This document shows, piece by piece, positions 26,476-38,520 of a DNA stretch of 64,000 nucleotides. A program made the translations under genes and the position numbers. The DNA comes from Octopus sinensis (Eukaryota), in NCBI RefSeq assembly GCF_006345805.1, contig NC_043004.1:46996001-47060000 (forward strand), written 5' to 3'. Position 1 is the stretch's first letter. Every line of letters starts with the position of its first letter. The notes under the pieces were generated by a model. It had not been told where the DNA came from. It did no database searches and worked only from the letters and a program-made list of their open reading frames with translations.

Positions 26476-26687
26476 CCATCATCACCATCATCGTCATGAT
26501 CATCGGCGAATTTATAGTCTTTTCAATTACTTCTATGTAGAAACATTTGCTGATTCATTATAACAGAAAACCATTATCTATTCAGAGAAAAGTTGCTTTT
26601 GCAAGCGGAATACATACACACATGTATAAGAATATATATGACATATACTTACATAACATCTGTTCGTTTATATACAATACATATATA

Positions 26688-26926
26688 TATAACAATAATT
26701 AAGGGCTTAGCAACAAGTTTCTTCACCGCATACAGAAAATTTAGAAATAGCAGCCACATGACCGCTATTTCTTTTTCCTACAAAATATATCTCCACAGAC
26801 AACAACATTGTTATCTGTGGAGACATATTTCATGAGAAAAAGAAATAGCAGTCTTTTGGCTGCTATTTCTAAAATTTTCGGTATGTGGTGAAGCAACCTG
26901 TTGCTAAACCCTTATTTATTGTTATA
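26688..26926. mobile_element. Fold-back (whole-length palindromic) MITE flanked by TA
   Basis: The left half ATAACAATAATTAAGGGCTTAGCAACAAGTTTCTTCACCGCATACAGAAAATTTAGAAATAGCAGCCA pairs with the right half; central stem ATATCTCCACAGA/TCTGTGGAGACATAT. Confidence 0.85.
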
Positions 26927-27057
26927 CTTATATATAAAAAGCTTTTTGAATAAGTTTTTACCGAATTTGGTTCTTTTCCATACCGAAACTACGTGGTAAA
27001 GTTAATTAATTTATTAAATTACTAATTCTTTAGCCTATATCTATATACATATATGTA

Positions 27058-27148
<91 letters not shown>

Positions 27149-27299
27149 CATTTTCTTTTATCTGTCCACTCGTATATGTTTGTGTGTGTGTATGGTTGTG
27201 TTTGAGTCCCTGTAGAACTTGTAGATTCCGAAGTATGTGAATCAAACAATTTTGTTTCTCATTCCGACATATACTTTTGACAGACTTTGTACTTTGCGT

Positions 27300-27760
27300 A
27301 AATGTTCTTTAGCGTTTCTACATCAATTGGAGAATTTCTTCTATTTTTAACCACTGATATCTATTTTACTTTTTCCTTGGTAGTATCCTTTCCCAATGTT
27401 TCAAGCTTTTTACATAATATTTTCATTTGGTGTTTCCCTCTGATATAATTCTAAGCAATCCTTCTTAAGAATTTCGCAGGGATTTATCTCTTTGATTGAA
27501 TATTACTATTTACAGCACTTAGTCAATATCATACCCTTCCCTTTCTTAATTCTTTTGCCCGATCTAATCCTTAGATTACGGGGGCATTTCTCTGTGTAAT
27601 TATTCTTGCCAAAACATCACATCACACATGTTAGTAATAAACACTTTGTGATATTCTCACACTTTTAACAAGAGGGACATAAACGATTTTCGTGTTAGTG
27701 TAACACTTAAGAAGTGGAAATGCCAGTTCAATGCCAGTGTCATTACCATTCGATAGCTTG
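27300..27760 (-). mobile_element. Highly decayed Penelope-like GIY-YIG relic
   Basis: Minus-strand GKNNYTEKCPRNLRIR at about 27,560-27,610 resembles the YIGETxRNLRxR half of GIY-YIG; the surrounding frames are broken. Confidence 0.4.
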
Positions 27761-27966
27761 TCCACATTCTGAAAGAAAAATACTGGATTATGGATATAGA
27801 AATAAGACGACCAGTGCGCGTGTGTTAATTAAACACAGAATAAAGAAAACACTGATAGGGAAATGAGGCAAGGCATTTGGGAATGGATAGAAAAACCAGT
27901 GTGAATGTTACTCCAGTAGAGAGTAAAAAATAACGAAAGAACGTGCGTACGTATGTATGTATGCAT

Positions 27967-28005
<39 letters not shown>

Positions 28006-28679
28006 ATTAAATTTATTTGACAACATAACGTTGCAGTCCTAGTTAAGACGAATATTACTTCTGTTCCTATCTGTGTCCCTATATGTTTGAACAAGGGAGT
28101 TTAGCATCTCCACTCAGCTAAAGCAATATCTGTGTAACGCTATTCCTGGATTATTTCCCTTCATCAGCAAAGTATAACTTTTCGGCTAAAAGTGGCGCTG
28201 CCAAATTCTTGTTCGAAATATATAGTTTTTAAAGTCATACACTGTCACTCATCTAATAAAATTGAAAAGTACTATTTGTAAATTTCTCAACGAAAGAATT
28301 CATTAACAGTATTCTAGAGTAAAGATAATTTGTCAAGCAGGGCTGTCACGTTATGTTGGCAAATATTATTTAGTCTAGAGTGCTGTTACTGAATGTCTCT
28401 AGTTGAGAGATTTAGAAATAGTAATGTAATATATATATAGAAATAGTAATAGTAATATAAATGTATATATATGCATGTATATATATATATATATATAGAG
28501 AGAGATAAGAAAGTTTGTTTGGTAAAGCACGTGGGTGAATATATAAGAAAATAGTAAAGTGTGAAAAAACGACAGAAGGCTTAAATGTTAAAAAATATAT
28601 ATATTTGTGTCAAAATGTCTGGAGAATATTGGAAAAATTTTTTTCCTTTCCTTAAAATGACATAATTTTAAAATTTTTA

Positions 28680-28719
28680 AAGAAATTACCGGTTTCGCGT
28701 GTATCTTTTCAAATTTCTT
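28680..28719 (-). ncRNA. Minimal type-I hammerhead ribozyme fold (left-arm copy, 1-bp stem II)
   Basis: Mirror of 32,029-32,068, with C replaced by A in stem II (28,704). Confidence 0.55.
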
Positions 28720-28869
28720 GTGACGTTATGTTTATATTGCATGGAATTATCGTTGTTTTTATTTCCAGGAGATTTCTAAATAAGGGGAGGTAGTGAGTGA
28801 TTTTTTCCGGTGTAGGGGAGATAATCGCTTAAAAATTTTTTTTTTTTTTTTTTTTTTCCCATTTCCTTG

Positions 28870-30273
28870 TTAATTTCTCTGTGTCAGTATGTTCGGATGG
28901 TTGAGTCTGGGTTTGTACTTTTCAATGAAGAATGTTTCCTTGTTCAGTCTCATTTGTGTTGATGATCCGAAAGCACATTGGTAAAATGGGAAGATTAAAA
29001 ATTGTGGCATTAGTTGCTTTGCGCATTTCTCAATGTGCTCACTAAAAGGTATCATTCTATATTCTGGGAATGCAATCTGTTGTCGATGCAGTGTGCATCT
29101 GCGCCTGAGTGATAGTCCCGTGGAACCCACGTAGTCTTGGTGGCAGCCCGAGCATTTAATAACATAAATTATGTTTTCAGAGGCACAAGTAAAGTTAGAT
29201 TTGATCTTAAATTTCTGTCCCTCTTTAAAGAAGAATTCTGATCCTTCCAATAGGTTAGGACATGTTGCACAGTTCGATCTACCACATTTTTTTACTTTTG
29301 CATCCGTAATTTTAGAAGACAATTTTGCCTTTGTGAGAATCTTTTTAAGTGATTTAGGCTGTTTGTAGCTTTTAATGATTTGGTGTATGTTTAGAATTTC
29401 CTTTAATTTTGGGTTTTTATGAAGTATTGGTAAATTCTGGGTGATGATGGTGAAGGCTTCTTTGTTTCTGGGGTTGTATGTAGATATGTAAGGTAGTATT
29501 TTCGGGGAAGGTGTGTTGTTGTGTTGAACTTTTCTTAAAGTTTCTATGTTGATTTCTGTTGCACGTCTGATCCCATCCTCTATGAGTTGAGCTGGGTAAT
29601 GTCTGTCAATTAGGGTGTTTTTGAGTTCTTGCAGTCTAAAGTTCCTGGTATTTTGTTCTGACACTATTGTGCATATCCTTCTTGCAAGGTTGAAGGGGAT
29701 GTTTGTTTTAGTGTGTCTTGGGTGGCATGAATTAAAAAGAAGGTATTGTTTGGCGTCTGTGGCTTTGTAAAAAATGTCTGTTTCTATTTTAAGGTTAATT
29801 TTTTTAATTAGTATATCCAAGAACGGGAGCTCCTTTTGGTTGTATTCCATTGTGAACTGTATATTTGGGTTTATGCTATTCAATAGGTTTTTAAATTTTA
29901 GGAGTTTATCTATGTTTTCATTCCAGAGAATGAAACAATCGTCTAGGAATCGTTTCCAATTCTCTTTTATGTATTGAGAGAGGGAGTTTCCAAAGATTGA
30001 TAGAGATTCCTGGTAAATGATTATTTCCATGTATCCCATTGTTAAGTTCGCAATGACTGGTGCTGCCCTTGTACCCATAGCAATTCCGGATTTTTGACGG
30101 TAAAATGTATTGTCAAACATGAAGTGGTTATTGTGTAGGATGAATTCAATTGATTTAGTAATGAATTCCTTACTGATCCTTTTTGGTATTTCTTCCGGAA
30201 ATTGGTCTAACCAGAATTGTATTGCCTCCAGTCCATAATTATGAGGTATACTGGTATACAAGTTGACTACATC
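28870..30273 (-). CDS. Penelope-like RT + GIY-YIG endonuclease, N-terminally truncated but uninterrupted
   Basis: RT motifs DVVNLYTSIP, GIAMGTRAAPVIANL, RFLDD and LPFLDIL; thumb YLLFNSCHP; zinc-knuckle CGRSNCATC; GIY-YIG NIIYVIKCSGCHQDYVGST. The C-x4-C-x2-C knuckle suggests the Neptune group (inference). Confidence 0.9.
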   Translation of the reverse strand, partial: DVVNLYTSIPHNYGLEAIQFWLDQFPEEIPKRISKEFITKSIEFILHNNHFMFDNTFYRQKSGIAMGTRAAPVIANLTMGYMEIIIYQESLSIFGNSLSQYIKENWKRFLDDCFILWNENIDKLLKFKNLLNSINPNIQFTMEYNQKELPFLDILIKKINLKIETDIFYKATDAKQYLLFNSCHPRHTKTNIPFNLARRICTIVSEQNTRNFRLQELKNTLIDRHYPAQLIEDGIRRATEINIETLRKVQHNNTPSPKILPYISTYNPRNKEAFTIITQNLPILHKNPKLKEILNIHQIIKSYKQPKSLKKILTKAKLSSKITDAKVKKCGRSNCATCPNLLEGSEFFFKEGQKFKIKSNFTCASENIIYVIKCSGCHQDYVGSTGLSLRRRCTLHRQQIAFPEYRMIPFSEHIEKCAKQLMPQFLIFPFYQCAFGSSTQMRLNKETFFIEKYKPRLNHPNILTQRN

Positions 30274-30300
30274 CCATTGTAGCTGGCCCAACCTGGCCCA

Positions 30301-32203
30301 ACTACGACCCATTGTAGCTGGCCCAACCTGTGAAACACACAGACTAAGTCTACTTATGGACATCCTCTTGAAACCCTTCCTTAAACATATCGATAGCCAT
30401 ATCAGAGATGACTTAGATATGTTAAACCACCTTCCAAAAAAAACCAAGGAAGAAACAATCCTGGTTTCATTTGATGTAGTCAACTTGTATACCAGTATAC
30501 CTCATAATTATGGACTGGAGGCAATACAATTCTGGTTAGACCAATTTCCGGAAGAAATACCAAAAAGGATCAGTAAGGAATTCATTACTAAATCAATTGA
30601 ATTCATCCTACACAATAACCACTTCATGTTTGACAATACATTTTACCGTCAAAAATCCGGAATTGCTATGGGTACAAGGGCAGCACCAGTCATTGCAAAC
30701 TTAACAATGGGATACATGGAAATAATCATTTACCAGGAATCTCTATCAATCTTTGGAAACTCCCTCTCTCAATACATAAAAGAGAATTGGAAACGATTCC
30801 TAGACGATTGTTTCATTCTCTGGAATGAAAACATAGATAAACTCCTAAAATTTAAAAACCTATTGAATAGCATAAACCCAAATATACAGTTCACAATGGA
30901 ATACAACCAAAAGGAGCTCCCGTTCTTGGATATACTAATTAAAAAAATTAACCTTAAAATAGAAACAGACATTTTTTACAAAGCCACAGACGCCAAACAA
31001 TACCTTCTTTTTAATTCATGCCACCCAAGACACACTAAAACAAACATCCCCTTCAACCTTGCAAGAAGGATATGCACAATAGTGTCAGAACAAAATACCA
31101 GGAACTTTAGACTGCAAGAACTCAAAAACACCCTAATTGACAGACATTACCCAGCTCAACTCATAGAGGATGGGATCAGACGTGTGCAACAGAAATCAAC
31201 ATAGAAACTTTAAGAAAAGTTCAACACAACAACACACCTTCCCCGAAAATACTACCTTACATATCTACATACAACCCCAGAAACAAAGAAGCCTTCACCA
31301 TCATCACCCAGAATTTACCAATACTTCATAAAAACCCAAAATTAAAGGAAATTCTAAACATACACCAAATCATTAAAAGCTACAAACAGCCTAAATCACT
31401 TAAAAAGATTCTCACAAAGGCAAAATTGTCTTCTAAAATTACGGATGCAAAAGTAAAAAAATGTGGTAGATCGAACTGTGCAACATGTCCTAACCTATTG
31501 GAAGGATCAGAATTCTTCTTTAAAGAGGGACAGAAATTTAAGATCAAATCTAACTTTACTTGTGCCTCTGAAAACATAATTTATGTTATTAAATGCTCGG
31601 GCTGCCACCAAGACTACGTGGGTTCCACGGGACTATCACTCAGGCGCAGATGCACACTGCATCGACAACAGATTGCATTCCCAGAATATAGAATGATACC
31701 TTTTAGTGAGCACATTGAGAAATGCGCAAAGCAACTAATGCCACAATTTTTAATCTTCCCATTTTACCAATGTGCTTTCGGATCATCAACACAAATGAGA
31801 CTGAACAAGGAAACATTCTTCATTGAAAAGTACAAACCCAGACTCAACCATCCGAACATACTGACACAGAGAAATTAACAAGGAAATGGGAAAAAAAAAA
31901 AAAAAAAAAAAATTTTTAAGCGATTATCTCCCCTACACCGGAAAAAATCACTCACTACCTCCCCTTATTTAGAAATCTCCTGGAAATAAAAACAACGATA
32001 ATTCCATGCAATATAAACATAACGTCACAAGAAATTTGAAAAGCTACACGCGAAACCGGTAATTTCTTTAAAAATTTTAAAATTATGTCATTTTAAGGAA
32101 AGGAAAAAAATTTTTCCAATATTCTCCAGACATTTTGACACAAATATATATATTTTTTAACATTTAAGCCTTCTGTCGTTTTTTCACACTTTACTATTTT
32201 CTT

Positions 32204-32209
<6 letters not shown>
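30301..32209 (+). mobile_element. Penelope-like element, right arm (longer 5' end, frameshifted)
   Basis: Begins at the RT motif LRPIVAG (about 30,301). A GT duplication at 31,182-31,185 splits the ORF into 30263-31204 and 31426-31878. The 3' end runs into (AT)n at 32,209. Confidence 0.95.
32029..32068 (+). ncRNA. Minimal type-I hammerhead ribozyme with U3-A8 covariant core
   Basis: Stem I AAGAAAT/ATTTCTT (7 bp perfect), core TTGAAAA, stem II GC-tacac-GC, GAA, palindromic stem III ACCGGT, cleavage triplet GUA (32,059-32,061). Lies about 150 nt after the ORF stop. Confidence 0.7.
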
Positions 32210-32241
<32 letters not shown>

Positions 32242-32278
32242 ACTCATGGGTTAGCCATATTCAAATGGCAAATATGTG

Positions 32279-32319
<41 letters not shown>

Positions 32320-32552
32320 TATATATATTATATATATATATATATAAATAAAAGGAATTCCAACCTTGTCTGATTTTCCCGTTTTATTTACAATCTTATA
32401 ATGATATATTATAAGATAATATAATATTATAGAATACAATAAAATAGTAGAATGTTAAATGTTCATTCTGATTGAACTAGTACTTTCATGCATTAAATTC
32501 TGCAATCTTCAGGTTCATGTAGTAGTGGTGTCAGTCATGCTTCACAATTTGA

Positions 32553-32602
<50 letters not shown>

Positions 32603-32867
32603 GTTTTAATCTTTTGTGCCCAATATTTTAAGGAACTTGTTAAACTTTCTTATGTTCTTAACATGTTCTTGTTATCAAATACTGTATATATGTAATGTAG
32701 CATTTTGTAACAACCAAACTTTTACATATTACTTTTGACAATCTTTTTCCAAAGAGTGAAACCGTTAATGTAAATAAATATCTTTTAAAATTGCATTTTC
32801 AAAGCTTCTTTCATATATAATTCCACTCGTGCGGTAGCCTACGACTCCACTTTGTTATATATATATA

Positions 32868-32910
<43 letters not shown>

Positions 32911-34330
32911 GATAAGGAGAGATACTTATAGATATATTAATAGATGAGATATATCATAAACGCTAAGAAGACTGCCACTGAAAGGAACCCCGCTAAATTT
33001 GCCATGCTTTGTGCGATATTTGTACTAAGTACTGCTATGTAAGGAATGATACCAATATAACGAGAATGCAATTACGAAGTTTAAATCATGTCTTCCTACC
33101 AAAAACATAGAATTTCAGCAGTATGATGCCTTTTTAAAAGTATTTCCTACGGTATACATATATTTAGAAGAAGTGGGTGTATAGTTTGATAATACTATTA
33201 TGTACGTAGATTTTTGAGTGTATGAAGTAATTTTAAAGTAGGTAATTTGAATGCATATTGTATTATAAGATTAATGTTAACTCCTTATCTAATTCTCACA
33301 CCTGCCAACATTACATGTCTATACACTAAAACATATATTTTTGTATATATATATGATTAAGTGAATGTGTATGTGTGTGAGGGGAATGGTTATACATGTG
33401 TGGCTGTGTGCGTGCTATTACGCCTATGTGAATGTGAATATATACATTTGTATGTCTTTAAATATCTATAAAAGTTACTCTTCTAATGCTATTATAATTA
33501 CTAATTCCCTCTTCAAAAGATAAAGCTATGCACATATTTCACATACCATTTTTATTTGTTTGTATCAGTAAGCGCGCATATTACTTTTTTTCGTTTTCTC
33601 TTCATTGTTGTTTTTTATCACCTTGTTTCCACTATAACATAATTTCTTGGGACTTTCAATGAAGTTTGTTTCTTACGTACAGCTTTACAGATGCATGACA
33701 AGAACGATACATCTATAAGGTTTCGGGATTTAGTTGACGATATTTTTTCATTTCTGTATGAAGGTATGGATACAAAGAATATATCAGTTACTTGTTAGGA
33801 TGCCAGATATCAGGCAAGGAAATAAGTAAATACAAGAATAATTCTTTCGAGCGTGGATATTTTCAGGCATTGTATAATTTATTTACACATACAAAATTTA
33901 AATCAACTGAGGTGTATGGAGACATATTGAACTAGCTTCCTCTTCAAAGTAATATACTTTCGCATTTCTAAACTTGAAATGTCTTAAAATAAGTCGAAAA
34001 TCATATGTTTAAAGAGATGGTTCGGAAAGGCTTACAATTGATAGTGTTTCATAATTTATGATGGTTAATATCGACAGAAAACCTCATACTTTAGTTGACG
34101 TCTATATTAGATTGTATCAACAACATAGCTAAATTATTGACTCATTAAAATAAGCGAGTATTCCAGCATTTAGTATCTGATACTGGTAACTGAATTATAT
34201 AATAATTCACCGAAAGAAACAATGCCGCTATCTGCTTTCTACAAACGTATATGACATTATGAGCCTACGATATTTCTTTTTTTATTTTCAGAATAACCAT
34301 GTGTGCATAATTTATGAACATTATATATAT

Positions 34331-34382
<52 letters not shown>

Positions 34383-34386
34383 TATA

Positions 34387-34461
<75 letters not shown>

Positions 34462-34974
34462 CTAGCAGTATCGCCCGGCGTTGCTCGGGTTTGTAAGGGA
34501 AATAACTATATAAGCATTTTTAGAGAGTTACTTCCCTTATAGATGCCAATTCGGGCTTTCTTAGCCATTTCTGTTTTGGTGTCTTCAAGCCATGAAGTCG
34601 TTGTTCTAAAAGAACGCTGGTCTCCTTGACAACGCAACACGACGTTGATTTCTTTACACTCCCTTCCCCACAGCTTCATGAGGGAGGGAAGAAGGGGGAG
34701 AAGCAAACAGGTGCAGGGGTGACCATGGACGCCAACTCCGCCGCCATCGACACACGAAAAATTATGAATTAAAATGGAATAAAAAATGATGTTAAATTAT
34801 TTTTAAAATCGTAGACTCATCGTTGACGCGCGCTAATAGCCAGACGGGCTCGATATGAATCACGACTATAAGATACCCGAATTTGGTTAAACTGCACCGC
34901 AAAATGTGGGAGGAGTTAGGAATCTAAATCGAAAGGGACAGACACTCACACAACTAGTGTTTTATATATTTAGA
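34462..34974 (-). mobile_element. Non-autonomous Helitron-like element (513 bp)
   Basis: The minus strand starts a^TCTAAATATATAAAA and ends with the hairpin CCCGAGCAACGCCGGG plus ATACTGCTAG^t; A^T insertion without TSD. Confidence 0.85.
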
Positions 34975-36794
34975 TATATGGCTAACAAATGTGTATAGCT
35001 GTTACTCATTTTTATTTTATTTATCTGAACAACCAAGAGCAAATCTCTTCACTAAGTTGGATCGTGTTATTGTGATATCTGCATCCACTGCAAGAATCTT
35101 TCCCCTAGATTATCCTTATCTCCAATAATTGTGCTAAAACATGGAATTGTTCTGAGTTATTCTGAAGAATCCCGGCATCGTCTCATATCTGATGGAGGGA
35201 AAAAGTATGGTTGATCCGAGGTGTGTCTTGCTTCTTTTCCGTTTCCCTTCACTTCAGTTGTTTACTGCACCGTGGGCTCTCTCCTTTGCCCATACATACA
35301 CATGCACATACTCTCTCAGACACAGGCTCACGTATATGTATGAACTAATTTTGCACAGTATGTTTATATGAGTCTATTTATATGCATACATCATAGATAT
35401 ACGTATATTTTCATATCTACTTACACACATAGAACCAACTAATAATTGTGTGCGGGGTGTAGATAATAGGCTTAACCTCAAGTGTTACATTGCGCATCTC
35501 CACACTAACAATACAAATATTATGACTAACAGATATTTTCCTTGATCATGACCTATTATTAATTTGCTTTGGTTAATGTTCCTCCAAGTCCCGAAGAATT
35601 CTAGCATTAGGGACATAAATCCCGTTACAAATACAGAATTTGAAATGATTAACATAATAAAATTGTTCCATTTCTTTAATTTCTGCTTTATTTTATAAGG
35701 TCCATGTGATGATTATCTTCAAAATAAAAGAATGAATTTCATATGTCTCACTATATACCAACATTTGTATTGTTTTACAAGCTTCCTGCGAAAATATGAT
35801 TTTATATATTACTGTTAGGTAGCATTTAAGTCAGTCTTGATATATCAACTTCTCTTTAAGAATGTCACTTCTCCAAATATACTTAGAGAATGATATAATG
35901 TTAGGAATTATTTTATATTTCATATAAACTCTATGCCCGGCTTAACTCACACAGCTACGTTAGTAATCGCTGTCTTTAATTACATCATAATTAATTGGAT
36001 AGCTGCTCTAAAGTTTTGCCGAAGAAATATTACTAAAGTCTACACATCATTAACATGTTTTGAATATATGCCCTACATTTCAGAAAAGACAACAGGCGAA
36101 ATACGTTTCTAAATAAATGTTAGTGTAATTTTTATATAACTTTGCGAATGTTATAAAAAAGTTAATTTCTACAACATACCCATTTTCCTGTCTTCACAAT
36201 TCCTTTGGCGATTTCGTCATTAAAATCTGCATATCCGTTTAATCTTCTGCGAAGTAAATTCAAAGTGTATACATTAGAAATTTATGCCATACATCAGTAT
36301 TTTAACACACTTCCAAAGATCTCGAACAATTAATTTCTTCTTACAATATGCTAGCAGCCGATGCTGTAGTATGAATGACTGAAGGTTTTTTTTTCCTCTA
36401 CTATTTTGCTCTCTCTCTCTCTCTCTTGTATCTTTTCTATTTTCCGAAGAAAATATTTCTCCCAGCGTTCACTATTTTGATCACGTTCTCGTCTAACAAA
36501 CCTCTATGTTTGTTTTCGTTCGGTTTCCTTGTATATATCCACTGTCCTGTTTTTGTTCCCAATTTTATTTTAGAATTTATAGGAGCAACTGTCTTTGAAG
36601 ACTCATATTTCCGTTGAATGCTCGAATGACGAGTAGATAGACAGCCGACAGCTGATGAAGGGTCCTTTCTCTATGCTTACCCGTCCTCTTTTCAATTTTT
36701 TCTCTCTCGTTCTTTACGTATTTAACTCGTTTGTTTACGCATTTCATGTTGTTTGTACCGGTCATTATGTCCTGTACCAATATATGCATATTTA

Positions 36795-36797
<3 letters not shown>

Positions 36798-36889
<92 letters not shown>
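36798..36889. repeat. (TAA)n tract at the 3' end of the Dong-like LINE
   Basis: About 30 perfect TTA units abutting the element's 3' UTR. Confidence 0.97.
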
Positions 36890-38287
36890 GTCATTTACTT
36901 TTAATCTGCATGTTTGATGCAATCACCTGCCGGGGCACACCCAGCGCCCTAGGGCAAGTGAAGGTTAAGAGTTGTTGAAATATAGCTGAAAGCTTGGGGA
37001 GGGGAAGTAGAGAAATATCTCCATGTAATACAAACACAAACATTTACATTGATAGGGTTTTTCTAAGGATGTGGGCAGTACTTGTTAGCACAATCTTTTG
37101 GATTTCCTTGAGACATGGTTTTCCACGGATATTGTCTAGGTGTTTCTGACATCCCTTTTTTATCATACCTAGGGCACCTACAATAACAGGAACAATTTTT
37201 GTTTTAAGATTCCACATCCTCTGTATTTCGATTTCCAGGTCCTTATATTTACTAAGTTTGTCAAATTCCTTGACAGATACATTTTTATCAGTGGGGACGC
37301 TTACTTCTATTAGTCTGCAGGTATTTTCTTCACTGTCTTTAACAATTATGTCTGGTCGATTAGCCTTGATCGTTCTGTCAGTGTTGACTGGAAAATCCCA
37401 GAGGATGGTGACATCTTTACCTTCAACAACTGGCTGAGGATGGTGTTCATACCAGTTAGCAGGAGTGTCGGATTTGTAGTGTTTACATATCTTCCAATGT
37501 ATATACTGTCCTACCCTATCGTGGCGATTTTTGTATTCGTTTGGTGTCAGCACAGGACATCCCGAAACGAGATGGTCTATTGTTTCGTCAAATGTGTCAC
37601 AGAATCTGCATTTAGGGCCAGTACCGTTTCGGAGAACGTTAGCCTGGTAATTTCTGGTAAACAAGCTTTGATCTTGTGCTGCCATTATGAAGCCTTCAGT
37701 CTCTGCTTTCAATCCAGAACTCTTCAGCCATTGATGGGTTGTTGCTTGGTCTACATCAGCATTTTGGCTTCGGAGAATGTATTGTCCATGCAGGGGCTTC
37801 TGGCTCCACCGCCTCTCAATTTGATTCTGCCCACTTTTTTTTTGCAGTCTGCCTGATTCGCTTTGCTTGCTTGGTAGCAGTGGTTTCTGGCTCTTCACCT
37901 GATTCAAGGTTAATGCCTAGTTCCCTTTCGAACTTATAAGCTTCCTTGACAATAGAATGCAGCTTTTTGTTGCTTTCGTGTTCACACACAAGTCGCAGCA
38001 TCCAGTCTTTTGTACTAGCTAGGTACCTGTTCATTCCTATAGTAGAGGTCTTATAGCACAGCTCCAATTGCATCATTCCTCTCCCCCCGCTGCTTCTAGG
38101 GTGGTGCATGCTCCTGGATGTCAGTAACTTTCTTGTCTTCCTGTCCAAGCGTTGGAGTTCCGTAAGGTTCCAGTTAATGATGTTAAAACTGTACTGGACT
38201 ACTGGAAGTGCCAGGGTGTTAATGGCCTCAATGCAATTTTTGGAGTTGAGTTCAGTCTTCAGTACAAGCCTTATTCTCCTATAGTAC
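36890..38287 (-). mobile_element. 5'-truncated R4/Dong-clade LINE (RT C-terminus, CCHC finger, REL endonuclease)
   Basis: ORFs 37816-38346 (YYRRIRLVLKTELNSKN...AINTLALPVVQY) and 37044-37907 (CRFCDTFDETIDHLVSGC, RHDRV, RPDIIV...LIEVSVP...KYKDL, VPVIVGALG). (TAA)n lies on both sides. Confidence 0.93.
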
Positions 38288-38309
38288 TTATTATTATTAT
38301 TATTATTAA

Positions 38310-38341
<32 letters not shown>

Positions 38342-38342
<1 letters not shown>

Positions 38343-38520
38343 CCACAGCTCATTTTGCTGGGTATGATGGAAAGTATCAGCTGTCCGCAGCGAGGAAACT
38401 AAGGTGACACTTGTTTACTGGTCATGCTTCAAGAAACCTGCGAAGAATTCTTGCGGGTCCAAACAATGCTGATTTTTGTAGGTGTTCTACCTTCACACTT
38501 GCACTGATCTTTTTCAGCCA
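38342..38520 (-). mobile_element. Very short 3' end of a second R4/Dong-like family
   Basis: The minus strand reads ...VEHLQKSALFGPARILRRFLEA* plus a different 3' UTR, between two (TAA)n tracts. Confidence 0.75.

Larger units (their letters stand above)
28539..30273 (-). mobile_element. Penelope-like element, left arm (5'-truncated)
   Basis: Reverse complement of 30,473-32,209. Continuous reading frame from the RT motif DVVNLYTSIP through GIY-YIG to the stop at 28,870, then A22 and the 3' region. Confidence 0.95.

Noticed and set aside
28140-28170. CTGATGA motifs (minus about 28,155; plus about 36,652; minus about 53,340) as hammerheads
   Set aside because: The GAAA half and/or stem I pairing is absent; at most decayed remnants.
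30274-30483. First 70 or so residues of the 537-aa ORF as a genuine element N-terminus
   Set aside because: It is the antisense reading of the spacer, which encodes RT on the plus strand.
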